A DNA stretch of 63,739 nucleotides, the filler included, from Platydemus manokwari (lineage: Eukaryota): assembly GCA_037951405.1 (NCBI GenBank). It is 5 parts of 5 records of this genome, joined end to end, with 100 filler letters (N's around TTAATTAATTAA, not from the genome) between each part and the next. Parts side by side here need not be neighbours in the genome. Positions count along the whole stretch, not along the records: positions 1 to 14,111 come from JBBMOY011528078.1; 4 more parts are not named here. One strand, given 5' to 3'. Under the pieces are notes generated by a model. It saw nothing but the letters and a program-made list of their open reading frames with translations, was not told the DNA's origin and searched no databases. This document shows, piece after piece, positions 1 to 12,860 of this stretch (position 1 is the stretch's first letter; the number at the start of each line of letters is the position of its first letter). Made by a program: the position numbers and the translations under genes.

Positions 1-887
1 TAATAATAAATNNNNNNNNNNNNNNNNNNNNNNNNNNNNNNNNNNNNNNNNNNNNNNNNNNNNNNNNNNNNNNNNNNNNNNNNNNNNNNNNNNNNNNNNN
101 NNNNNNNNNNNNNNNNNNNNNNNNNNNNNNNNNNNNNNNNNNNNNNNNNNNNNNNNNNNNNNNNNNNNNNNNNNNNNNNNNNNNNNNNNNNNNNNNNNNN
201 NNNAATATGAAATTTATAATTTTTTAACAAAAAAAAATTTATAAAAATTATTTGAAATAATTAAAAAATATCTATCAGAAATATTTCTGAATAAATATCT
301 CAATATGATAGAACACCATTATTTAATGAATCCAAATTTATTCATTACATGTCATGGGATTCACTGAAAACTCACAACAGTCTTTGACAAAATGGGGAAA
401 ACTTTTCAAAAATATTTCACTTTCTCAAATCAAATTTCGATAAACCGACAACATTTAAACGGACAAAAATTATTTATATTTGTAATTAAAATTAAACGAA
501 AATCACACGAAATCCCGAATTGATTTTCTGTAACACATCTCGTTACCAAATGCACACACAAAAAATTACCTTTGCATATTTTCTCCTTAGCCATTAGTTT
601 ACAGAAAAAACGAACCTTGATTCAGCATCAACGAACTCGATGAAATATGTGCCTCGACTACAAGCACACCTAGACACACATAATGGGTCATGTAGAGAAT
701 GCAAAGCAAGTGAACGGTTCCAGAAATCATTTATATAGTCGATTGACATAAATTTTCTTAAATATTATCAATCTCTTCAGTATTTGCAAGAAATCGTAAA
801 TTATCGATCAATCCTTCAGTATTATTAATTCTAATTTGATTTCTTGTTATTCGCTGATATTCGTCATTTCTTTCGAGATATTCAACA

Positions 888-3800
888 ATGAGTCGTTCAA
901 CAGTCCACGAAAGCAGCATGTCATATTCTCGCCAATTTACCAGAGCAGGTTCTCCAACAACGTTACGACTTGAGGTGATAAATATTCCAAGATTATGATG
1001 TTCCATTAATTATTTTTCATTTGTTTTTCAGTCACGACTTCGGGAATTGGAAGATATTTTGGATTTGGAACGAGATGCCAAAACTAGGGTTGGGAATTGT
1101 TGATATCGATTTGTTGGTTATTAATTATGAAATCTAGGCTGAAAGATTAGCTAATGAATACAGTTATCAAGTTGAAGCTTTGAGCGAACGTCTTGATGAA
1201 ATTGGTGGTTCCAGTAGTCATAATGTGAGAAATCAATACGAGGGGAAAATATTTTTCATTTAATAAAATCATTTCATTCAGACCGAACAACTGAAACGAA
1301 AAGAAATGGAAGTTTCCAAACTTCGCAAAGAATTGGAAACAGCTAATATGAATCTCGAGTCTGCTGAGCACAATTTGAAACGAAAACACCAAACAACGGT
1401 CATGGAATTTACTACGGAAATCGAAAATTTACAAAAACAAAAGGGAAAGTAAGAAAAGATATTTAATTTGAAATTCAGCTAGTTTTATATTTATTAAAGT
1501 CATTAAATCATTAAATTTTATTAAATTATTTAAATAAATATTAATAATAATTTAATAAATCATTATAAATATTTATTTAATCGATATTTTAAAATTTATT
1601 TAACATTAATAAATTATTATAATCAAGTAATAATAATAATAATAATTATTATTATTATATTAATGATTGTAAAAACTATTAGTCAATCTATAAATTAATT
1701 TGATTTATAGAGTCGAAAAAGACAAAAACCAATTGACCATTGAAATGGAAAACATCTATGGGCAGCTCGAAGGAGCTCTTAAGGCTAAAGTAAATTCCTA
1801 CAGTTTTGAAAAATTTTATTAAAATAATAATTTATCCAGCAAAATGCAGAATCAAAATTAGAAGGTTTCGAAAGTCAATTATCCAGACTGAAAAGCCTTA
1901 CCGATGATCTACAACGACAACTTAGTGACATAACCGGAGCAAAGAATCGATTACAAACGGAAAACTTTGATCTGGTAAAAACTGTCCAAGAATACGAGGT
2001 GCAAATAACGACTCTAACGAAATCGAGAAATTCTCTCCAAAATCAAGTCGATGATCTCAAGAAAAGTTTAGATGATGAAACAAGAGTTAGACATTGTTGT
2101 CTATCCTAATGGATAATCGTATTTGATTTTGTTTAGAGTCGTTTACATACTCAAGATCAATTACACAATCTCCAACAAGAATTCGATAATATTCACGCTA
2201 GGCTCGAAGAAGAAAGCGAACTAAATGGAAATTTAAAAGGCCAAATATCTAAACTACAAAACGAATTACAGTCTTTGAAAGGAAAACACGATAGAGAAAT
2301 GATGCAAAAAACCGAAGAAATTGAAGAAATAAAGTGAAATCGATTATAATAATATATTATTAATAATTTTTGAATACATCGATAGACGAAAACTCACCAT
2401 AAGAATCACTGAATTAGAAGACATTTCCGAACGGGAAAGAATGAGAGCCTCTAATTTGGAGAAAGTTAAACAGAAATTAAGCATTGAAATTAAAGAACTT
2501 CAACATGATGTCGACCAAGTAAGTCTGTCAATATGAATATAATAAAATTCATCAACCCATACGTTTATATTTTAATAAGTAATGTATTGACAATTTTTAT
2601 AAGTAGTATATTATTTTTCTGTAATACATTCAAACTATGAGTGGAAAAATCGTGAAATAATTAAATTTCAATTTAGTTGAGCGCTGAAAACCAAGAACTT
2701 GCCAGAAAACTTAAGGCAGCAGAATCTCAAATAAATGAACTCCAACGTCGCATCGATGAACTAGGCATCGAGGTATCTAATTTGCAATCTGCTAATAATC
2801 AGCTATCAGACGATAACATGAGATTGAAAGCCCAAAACAATGACCTTATAGATAAAAATGCAAACTTGGATAGAGAGAACAAATCTCTTGCCGGTACTCG
2901 TTTAGTACTGTTAGTATAATTTTAATGATTTCTTCAAGACCAACTTCGTGAAGCCAAGAATGGATTGAGAGATGCCAACAAGCGCATTGGAGATTTAGAA
3001 GCTTTAAAATCCCAACTTGAAGCTGAGCGAGATAATTTAGCCAGTGCTTTGGCAGACACAGAAGACGCATTGAAAGAAATGGAACAGAAATATAACCAGG
3101 CTCATGATTCATTGGTAAGATTAAAGGCCGAAATGGAACAAAGATTAAGAGAAAAGGATGATGAACTAGACAGTTTAAGGTTATTGATAAAAAAACATGA
3201 AATATATTAATCCTTGCTTTTAACAGGAAGAGCACTTCAAGAACAATTGAAGAACTGTCAGTTACCATAACAGAAATGGAAAGCAAACACCGAAACGAGT
3301 TGTCTAAACTCAAAAAGCGATATGAAAGCTCGATTTTGGAATTGGAATTGCAATTGGATGCACTCAACAAAGCTAATGCTAAATTTATGAAAGAAAATAA
3401 GGATTTGGCCCAAAGAGTCAAAGAATTGGAACTCACTTTGGAAGAAGAAAGAAAAGCAAGAGAAGCAGTTGAGACAAGTCTACAAGTAAATTGATCAAAT
3501 CGAATCACATGCTTTGTTAATGATTAATTTTAGTTGACCGAAAGAAAGAGGATCCAAGTTCAAATGGAATTGGAAGAAACAGTTACAATTCTAGAAACTA
3601 CAACTAGAGCAAAGAAAGCTGCTGAAAACGAAGCTACTGAAGCAAATAATCGATGTGGAGAACTTAATCTACAAGTTAATAGTTTGACTCAGGATAAGCG
3701 ACGATTGGAAGGTGATATAGCAGCCATGCACACTGATTTAGATGATGCAGTTAATGGCCGACAAGCAAGTTTTAAATATTAATTTCATTACTGTTTTCTA

Positions 3801-4847
3801 AGAGATGATAATAAGTGCTTGACTTATAATTTTCATCAGTTATACTTTACAAATTGTAAGCCACAATTATTTGATAAAGCATTATATCTAATCAAATTAT
3901 TTAAACAAATTCATATTTTTAATAAAAATTCGGAATTAAATCTTATCAATTTCGATTAATTTTAAAATCCTCACACAAATTAGTCTCTGATGCACCTAAT
4001 GGAAGTGTTCATTCCAATTATTCTTATTCTTAAAGATTGATTTACTCACATTAAACATACGAAATCATGACAGTTACCTGAGAAATATTGAATATATAAT
4101 ATTTTAAAGTAAAAAGCCATAAGATAATTTTCATATTAATTAGGCCGCCGAAGACCGAGCAAATAGACTCAATACAGAAGTAGCTCGACTTGCAGACGAA
4201 TTAAGACAAGAACAAGATAATTACAGACAGGCAGAATCATTAAGAAAGCAATTGGAAGTCGAAGTTCGAGAAATAACAGTAAAGCTTGAGGAAGCAGAAG
4301 CTTTTGCCACAAGAGAAGGCCGAAGAATGGTGCAAAAATTACAGGTTTCAGATATAGATTTGATGATATATTCATTGTAATATATTTCAAACGACAGGCA
4401 AGAGTGAGAGAATTGGAGTCAGATATGGAAGCTGAAGCTCGTCGTGCCAAAGATAGTGCAGCCCAAGCAAGGAAATTTGAGAGACAGTGGAAAGAATCCC
4501 AACAACAAGCCGATGATGACAGACGTATGGTATTGGAATTGCAGGATTTATTGGAGAAAACACAAATGAAAATGACAACCTACAAACGACAAGTTGAAGA
4601 ACTAGTAAGTTTAAAAAACAGAAAAGGATTCTTTAAACACCTTAAATTTCAGGAAGAAGTAGCTTCAATAACAATGAGCAAATACCGCAAGGCTCAACAA
4701 TCGATTGAGGAAGCAGAACATCGGGCTGATATGGTCGAAAGATCCATGACAATGAGACACACTTCTGGACCTGGAATTCGATCGATTTCAGTTACAAGAG
4801 AAGTTAACACTAGCTTGAGAGGAAACAGATCCACTAGTATTTTGTGA
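888..4847 (+). CDS. Prm: Paramyosin, complete 15-exon gene
   Basis: Manual splicing gives [29 protein letters not shown]|[19 protein letters not shown]|[21 protein letters not shown]... through [35 protein letters not shown]|AAEDRA and [11 protein letters not shown]|ARVRELE to [12 protein letters not shown]. This is colinear with flatworm (schistosome-type) paramyosin. Approximate exons: 888-974, 1032-1088, 1138-1224, 1282-1448, 1711-1788, 1840-2084, 2137-2333, 2385-2518, 2677-2893, 2939-3179, 3227-3485, 3534-3764, 4144-4344, 4398-4604, 4653-4847. AATAAA lies near 4939. Confidence 0.96.
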
Positions 4848-6314
4848 AGACAATAGTCATTTACCTCTAGCTTGAACCTGCCTTGCTAGCTGATTTATCT
4901 AACTGTCTGTGGTATCATTTACCGATACCAATAGATTAATAAATGCATGTGTATTTCACTGTTTGTACTTCTGTCTTTTAATTTTCAGGCTCGCGAATCA
5001 ATATATTTTCTGTAATATTTCGAACTATTATTCGTGCATGTCTAACAATTTCAGATCTTTGAAATATGGTTTAAATTTTCGAGAACAAATGAGCAATAGG
5101 AAATTTTTTCAATATATTTTACAATGACGTCTTGCGATTTGTAATTTCTTTGATCACTCCATAAACGAATGATGAACTGATAATCATATATAGATATATG
5201 GAATCCTTGTGATTTAACCAAAGTAATATTTGGGGTTTTATCCAATTGCAAAATTTACCGGTTGTTTGTTATCTTTTGATTAATTTAATCCGAGGATATC
5301 CTATAACTAAGCGACCAATAAAGTAATTTGGAGGCAGACATTGTTTAACTGTAGAAAAGGAGATAGATCAACGAAAAAATGTAAATATTCAATTCATTAT
5401 CGATTATCAATGCTATTATTTGATAATTAATGACGGGGAAGTTTCTACTTTGAAATATTTATAAAAGCTTTTAATTCAGGCTATTGTTCTTACAAATTAA
5501 CCTTTCCAAATAAAAATTATGTGATTGGCGATAAAAAATGAAAGGTCATAAATGTAAATTGCTACTTGAAAATTGGGCTTTTACGAAATACAACGAGAAA
5601 GATATTTCCATTTTACATTTACAGAGTACATTTTTCTTTTATTTTTTTCTCAGAATCGCAACATTACAAGGGCCTGTGAAAGTATGGCCTCTCGTGCCTT
5701 CTTTTTAATTGGCTGCTAGACACTAATTGAACTGCTTGTTGGTCTTTTCCTTTTGCTGTTCAAATATTCATCATAGGAATCTAATCTATAGGCTCTAAAA
5801 TGTCAAAATTATCATTCATTCGATTTATTAAGCCCTGCATTTTTATCGATCACGCAGTTTGCTCATTTATATCTTCTTCAATCATTATCCTACTCATAGC
5901 TTCAATAACTTATCTTACCAGTTGTAGCAATTCATTATTCTGATTTTGTCGATCTTCCTCAGTTGTTTGATTTATTTTATAGTGGGCCGGATTTTCTTAG
6001 AGTGGTTCCATTTTTTCATTCAGCGTTGCGATATATTTTCACCAGAATTTCCATAGCTTCTCTTCAAAAATTTTATGGTCCAGTGAATGGATTTTCCATA
6101 TTTTCTGAGAATATTTTGTCATTTCTCTCTCTCTCTCTTAATCAAGGTAGATCGGCCCATGTGAGTATGTACGTACTTGTTGCTGTCTAAGTCTTATTTT
6201 ACTTGTGTATAGATATTCTGAGCAATCAAAATTGTTGTCCTATAATTGATATTCTAAGGCTTGGTGAATTCTTTAGAGAGCCATTATTTCACTGTTATTT
6301 TTTCGCTGCCTGAA

Positions 6315-9060
6315 TGGAGTATTAAGCAATTTATTAAACCAAAATATTTGCCGCTCATCTTTGACAGTATTTTTTACGACATCTCAAGAAAATAGCTCCA
6401 GCAAGCAGAACTGTACAGGTTTAAGTGATTAGGCCAAGTATCAATCAACCCGCTCCAGAGACCAGTCTAAAGAAACAAATAGGAGAAAGAAAATTCCAGC
6501 ACGAAACCTCCACGAGTTAGAAGAGTTTTTCTGATTTTAAACTAAAAATTATTTTGAACCTTATATTTTCTTAGCTTGATTTTCGCCAGAACTAGATTAA
6601 ATTGATTTTTGATCCTATATAAAAAGCTGGAAATCAGTTGAAGACAATGAAAAAATTTGACGCAAGCAACTAGAAGTCAAAACAATCAGACCAAACAAAC
6701 CAAAAACTTAAGAAAATTCAATTTTCTTGCTAGCAGTGTTCTGGCAGCAACTGAAAGTACTTTTGAAAGTATAATCAAATCGAACGTATACCGGCATTCA
6801 AAAGGATTTGGGGCACAAAGCACCCTGACTCAAAGAGATCTTTTATCATGAAAATTCTATTTGTTTTGTTCAACAATGAGTTTCCTTCAAACCTTCCGTG
6901 TAGTGGTTAGAATTTTATCAATTGTAGACGAGTTGACGAAGTTCGCAAATGAGAAGATCAACCAGAGCCAATATCGCAAGACTTGGATTGTTTTTAAGCC
7001 AAGATCCGTAAGAATCAAGAATGAATTGACTAACCTGAAATCCCGAGAGAAACCCGATCGTTCCATGCATAGACTTTTGTCCTAGCTCACAAAATATGTA
7101 GCTCGATTAAATGATGGCGAACCATCAGAGAAGAACAGTTCGAAATATAAAGATTTTTAAGAATTCAAGTTTCTCAGTCTTTTTCTCATCACGAAGTCGT
7201 AGTTAGTTCACTTCTCAATTCCGGATTGTTACAATAATAGCCGCACTTACTAGGGTTGAAAGTCAAATGGACCTTAGAAGCCAAGTCAAATATCCTACCT
7301 AACCTATCAGCAATCCCCGCTGCGTATGCCGAAATAATAACTAAGTCATCTGCATAGGGTAACATGAAGAATTCCATCTCAGACAATGTGAGAGGACGTG
7401 GAAAATTATCACAACATTTAACATTAAAGTAAAAAACAAGACAGGACAGAATCATAGACAAGGAACACCCTTGTTTCACACCCTTAACAACCTTAATCGA
7501 CGGAGTTATTATTCCTGCACAGTGTTTAGTAGTTGAAACATTTTCATGAAGTTCTTAAGCAAATTAATTTTACCAGAGGCACAATCACTCTTTGCAAGAG
7601 TTCATGAGTTAACCATCCTCTGAAAGTAGTACTTTCTAATTCTCAGACATTAAATGGTCACAAGTAATCCAGCGAAGAATTCTATTGTTCAGAATCATAC
7701 AAAAGATTCTGTAGGACGTGTCCATCATCGCAATTGGTTGTCAAGATGAAACTAAATGAGTTTGACCATCTTTGAGTGATTTCAGAATAAGACTAGTCTT
7801 AAACCTCTTCCATTGACCCGGCTACACTCTTTCGATATAATAAGATTATAGAGTTTATAAAGAAAAACAAAATGTGAGTCAATCTCGTACCAATCAACAA
7901 ACAAAAGATTATCATTTCCAGGAGCGGAGTTACTTGATTTTTTAAATGCATTAAAAATTTACTCAATAGTAATTGAATCCTTTGTAAAGTTATCCTCAGA
8001 ATAAGGCAAGACTATATTCAAATCAGGAAAAGGCAGTAGGAAATCATAGGTGAAATGGTTCGTAATTTCCTCTATATTAGACAAAGAAGTGGGAGTCGAT
8101 GATGGAAGAATACGCTTCACCACCTTTGGCATAATATTATATTCCTTCCTAAGTTCAAAGACCTATCTAATGTGTTTTTCCCAATAATTTAATAAATAAG
8201 ACTTATGTTCACTTATATTGGCAATAAAAGCAAGCCAATGGTCATTGTTCCAATGGATAACCCAATGTCAGATGTTCTTATGCTCCGAAACGGGAAATTA
8301 TCATATAATATATTCGTTTTCAAGTGAGTAATAGCAATAGCAGGTAGTGGGGGTATGAAAACTATTCCACTCTTACCCGACAATCTCAGGTGGATAAGAC
8401 CTTCAATCGCTGGTCTGCTTAGCAATTCAGAAATAAGATCTTCTTCCCCTAACGGAAACTTCATTAAAATTTCATCATCCAAAGACAGAGATTCAATTTA
8501 ACTTTTGGGTTAACACTTTGCGACAAATAATGCTGTTTGAAGTCAACAGTAACCACAAACTAACAATAACACAGAGTACCAGAACTAAAGATATCTGTAA
8601 CCTTTGTTTCTTTATAGGTGCAATATTTGTATAACAAAGTAAAGAAAGACTTTTTAATTGCACACAAGGCACACCAAACCTTAGAGTCTGAACACGCTTC
8701 AAAAATCGTCGGACCTATAGTATTCGTATCAGATATAGTAATAATAACTATATTAGAAACCAGTATTAAATCAGAGGTTATAGTACCGCCAAGTGGTTTA
8801 TAATCAGTTAGTTCTTGAGAATCAAAAATAGATGGGGATGATGTAAAAGAATCATCACTGTAAAAACCAAATAAATCTGTACTCTATTAAAAGTGTTGGC
8901 AATTATATAATCATCTTCTTTCCATTAGATAGATCGACGTCGTGTATATAAACGCCACATGTCGTCGAAAAAGGGATATTAGCATAGTCAAATGGTAACA
9001 TTGCTTCATCAATTAGGTTATCAAGTAGAGATTCATAAAGTTTGTCATCAAAATCATTCA
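6315..9060 (-). mobile_element. Degenerate non-LTR retrotransposon (RLE-type, NeSL/Utopia-like): RT domain and flanks
   Basis: Minus-strand RT motifs with stops and frameshifts: SAPGND, AMMDTSYRIFCMILNNRILRW, GVKQGCSLSMIL, LPYADDLVIIS and LTFNPSKC (ORF 7189-7479). Confidence 0.85.
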
Positions 9061-9074
9061 CAGCAATATATGAT

Positions 9075-9445
9075 TTATCTACAACTTTTGGTCATAGCTA
9101 TTAAGCTTTTTGGTTGTTCATTGCTCTGCATGATTCATTTGACAGTTCTTGATTCATAGATATCTTGGATCCCCATCAATTCTTCTATCATACTTTCTAA
9201 TGCTTGAATGTTGTCTTTCAAATCATAACCAACTATGATTTTCCCTTAAACATAGTGATTCACTTTTTGACAGGTTTCTTCGGCATCATAAGCATTTCTG
9301 AGATTGGTTTCATTTAATCAGCATTTGAGACAAACGTCATTCTCAAGAATTATTTGGCCTTTGTATCTTCTTAGACTGACTCATACAGGATTCTTTTTTC
9401 CGTAGAAATCGGTGATCATTTTTACATCGAGGTATATCATGCAGA
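9075..9445 (-). pseudogene. REXO4/ISG20-like DEDDh 3'-5' exonuclease remnant inside a mobile element
   Basis: A single frame reads MIYLDVKMITDFYGKKNPV*VSLRRYKGQIILENDVCLKC*LNETNLRNAYDAEETCQKVNHYV*GKIIVGYDLKDNIQAL...GIQDIYES...PKSLIAMT. It aligns by eye to REX4-family motifs LDCEMV, RVSIVN..G, SGI.PE.L and KGRILVGH.L.ND.K.L. Confidence 0.7.
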
Positions 9446-10599
9446 TTTTTCTCCTCCTGACCCGTTAGTGTTTGCAGCTTTCAATAACATGACAACTGTC
9501 GTTTAAAATTTTCCAATGGAATTCTCACTAGGCTGCCTGTGTTGAACTTTTTCGGTCTTCGATATTATTGACTTTCATAGAGATCAATTTCGACTTATTA
9601 CTTTCTTTCTCAGTTTTATTTTGAGTATGTTTTGGTTTTATCATCAGGACAGTTATCAAAAAGACTATGACTATTAAGTATATCCTACTTTATGGTTTGC
9701 ATTTCCGATTTTAACTTCTTTCTTCATTTTCCTTTATGATATTTATATTTAGGATGTATTTTTGGGTTTGTGTTGGTTGCATTCTTAAGGTTTCTTTTTT
9801 TTTACTTTAAATGATAGATATCTTCTTTCTTATATTTATTTCTGTGCACTATTGAAGGGTCTTTTTTCTTTTTCTTTTTGATAAACAGGTCGGTGTTTAC
9901 TACTTTTACAATGACATACGGTTCTTCATTTATCATTTGTAATTTTACGAATTTCCTTAGTTTGCTTCTGGGTCATAAACCCTTAGTTTATACTCTACTT
10001 TAAATTCATAATTACATGTCTTTTTATCATGATAATTCTTATGTTGTTTCTGTTTGAATTTAAGGTTTAATTGAGCTTGTCAGTATATGTATCATGATTT
10101 TTCGTACTGAGTCTATTGGCATTGATGCATCCATTAAATGCATTAGATAACGTGATAAATAGTCGGTTGATTCATTTATTACTATATTATAACCCAACGA
10201 GCTTAGTTTTTTGGTTTGTTTTTTATTTACGAAATTTGATAACATGATTTGAAGCATTAGATTGTCTCACTCAGCTAATGCATCGCTTGTGGTCAACATG
10301 GGGACGTAATGATTTTCTTTATTTTGAACATTCAGTGACTTCTCTTATGAAATTTCTTAATTAGTCTTGTCTCCTATCAGTTTTATCTTCTTCTCGTTCC
10401 TCTTTTATCAATATGCAATATGTCCCCCTACTCAATTTTTGGTTTATCATATTTTTGTATATTTTGTTTAAATTTTCCTTCTTATTTTTTTCTTTCTGAA
10501 TTGCATTCACTTCAAGATAATTTTCAGGGTTTTATAATTAATAACATGATTTTATTCGTAATGTCTGTAAGTCCTAATATAATTCTTTATGTTTTCCTA

Positions 10600-10825
10600 T
10601 TAAATTCAATCTTCTTAATACTACAAATTATGCTTTTTCTATTACTTTGAACATGTGATCTATCTTAATACTTCCCATTATCAGACTAAATATCACTTTC
10701 CCTACTGTTATTATAGATGCTCCTGTTGCTCTGGTTAATGTATCATTAACTGTTTCTATTTTTCCCATCTATAGATGCCTTTACATTTCTTACATTTATT
10801 TGCACAGCTATTACTGGTCTTTTTA
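10600..10825 (-). pseudogene. Retropepsin-like (retroviral aspartic protease) remnant
   Basis: KRPVIAVQINVRNVKASIDG resembles RP.I.V.ING..VKALIDTGA. After an internal deletion or frameshift it continues LTRATGASIITVGKVIFSLIMGSIKIDHMFKV, which resembles the flap and C-terminal strands. Confidence 0.6.
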
Positions 10826-11159
10826 AAGCATAATTTGCACAATTCTTACTTAATATAATTGAAGTTGTATGTTCAGATATAACGGTTTATTTTACCCTTC
10901 TTCTCATGATAATTTCTTTCTTTCCACAGTTTCTCTTAATTGCATTTTTGCTTGTAGATCTTTTTATACAAACACCAGCTTTATTTCTTTTTGCTGTTGA
11001 TGGTGATTGGTAAAATTCCTATGGGTATGCATGGGTTTTTCCCTTAACCGGTTGATGCATAGCTTGCGGTTGTATTAGTTGCGGTGGTATTTTAAAATAA
11101 TAATCTCTTGGTTTAAACAATTGTATGTATGTATGTATGTAATATTTCTGGCACTTTAC

Positions 11160-12860
11160 TTATATCAGATGTCTTGCTGTTAGTGTGAATATGAAACACA
11201 TCGGAATATATCCTTTAATGTCTTTGCGAAGATGTTTGAAGAGAGTATATTTTTATCAATCCCGCTATGAATTATATTCAATTCATAGGAAAAACGAAAT
11301 CACTTGTCCTATTTCTTGAAAAATTCCATAAAAACTATAGAAAATGCCTTTTATTGCCTTCTCAGAATGGTCTGTGAATAGTAATGCCTCATAGTGGAAT
11401 GATCCATCTAAACTTCTTTGCAACACCTTATGTACCATGTTTCTTATGACCTTTTCTCTTTCAAACGGGAATAACATGTGTTTTCTTGCTTTTTCTATGT
11501 CGTCAGTTGCATATATCCAATTATTATTCATATTCATAATTGGTTTAAAGGCTAAATTTCTTGCCGGTCCATTTGCTTTTAGTGTTTTTGCATCACTTCG
11601 AGGTTTCTTATCATCCATTCATATCCATCCTCCATTATCTGAGAGAAATACATAATCCATTACATTTGAACAAGTGTCTCTAGGCTGAGCTTTGTAATAA
11701 TATTGTTAATATGATTCCCCTAACTGGTTACAATAATATTTTTTGGTTGTTATATATAATTGGTATCTCTCTGAAACAATGCTCGTGTTTCAGTACTACT
11801 AGGTTAATTATTTTCTTGCACTTAAATGTGTAGATTACTTCTCCTACTACTCGAGTAAATGTTTCTTTTTCTTCTAATATTATTAGTGCTACTAACCCCG
11901 GCTTTGTTATTGCTGTGGCCTATTTGGTCTTTAACACCTCGACTTATCTTGCAGTCATTTAATATAAGATCCATCCTTGGGCTAAATAGTAGAAATAGCC
12001 GAGTTTGTTATTAAAGCACTGTACGAATTTTATATCCAGTTTTTTTTAACTTTCTTCTTTGCATTCTTATCTGATTTTTCTTCGTAATAAACCACTATAA
12101 CCATTTAAGCACTACTCTTATCTTGGCTGTTATGTATGGATCTCATTGCGCTTTTTCCTTCTTCACCCATGTATATTGTTGGTGTTTATTTCATGCTCAT
12201 TTTAAATCTTCCCCTAATACTATCGGTTAAATAACTCTCCACAAGCTTCGTCACTTTAAATATTTTTCCATTTACTACGTGCTCTCACTTTCTTAGTTTG
12301 AATATTAAATGTAACTCGAAAATTCTTTAATTCTTTGAGGTAATGTCTTAATTCTACAACATCTGCTAATGTTTTATCACAAACTTGATATTTTTCTCTT
12401 TAGAATTATCCTCCTCATCCAGCCAGTCTTGCGTGTTCTATTGAATGTCTAGTGATTCTCTTTACCAATATCATCGCATATCCTTGTAATGTATAATATA
12501 TACTTTTTAAAATGTTAGTTTACATTTTATTTCTGTTGGCATTTCTAGCATTGGTGCCATGTTGGTTCTAATATTGCTGTGTATGCTCCTGATGGCCATG
12601 AAGAATAATTTTTTAACTCCTGATACATTAATTTGTAATCTCTGATTTTTTCAAACAGAAATTCTGACTTTTGGTCCACGTACATTTCCTTAGCTATGAA
12701 TTTGCCTCTGGTTATTCATTTTTATCTAACAATGAATATTTTTGTTCCCAATGTGGTTTCCCACAATCATATTCATCAATTCCTGCATCTACTCCTTCAA
12801 TCAATCCTACTATATACATGATAAGTAATATCTTAACTATATTGGTAAATTTAGATTTTT
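11160..12860 (-). pseudogene. Chuvirus-like (Jingchuvirales-type) envelope glycoprotein, degraded
   Basis: Signal-like KILLIMYIVGLIEG is followed by YDCGKPHWEQKYSLLDKNE. Later motifs are KPGLVALIILEEKETFTRVVGEVIYTFKCKKIINLVVLKHEHCFREIPIIYNNQKILL*P and WIYATDDIEKARKHMLFPFEREKVIRNMV, then hydrophobic FYSFYGIFQEIGQVISFFL and YTLFKHLRKDIKGYIPMCFIFTLTARHLI. Motif order matches chuviral G (YDC..SLLD; GEV...KC..C..E.P; GIY..D....R.H..FP.E; TM). Confidence 0.75.

Noticed and set aside
2846-3508. 220-aa minus-strand ORF and other antisense ORFs over paramyosin (758-1006, 1147-1392, 4169-4578)
   Set aside because: Antisense shadows of coiled-coil coding exons, with no independent signal.
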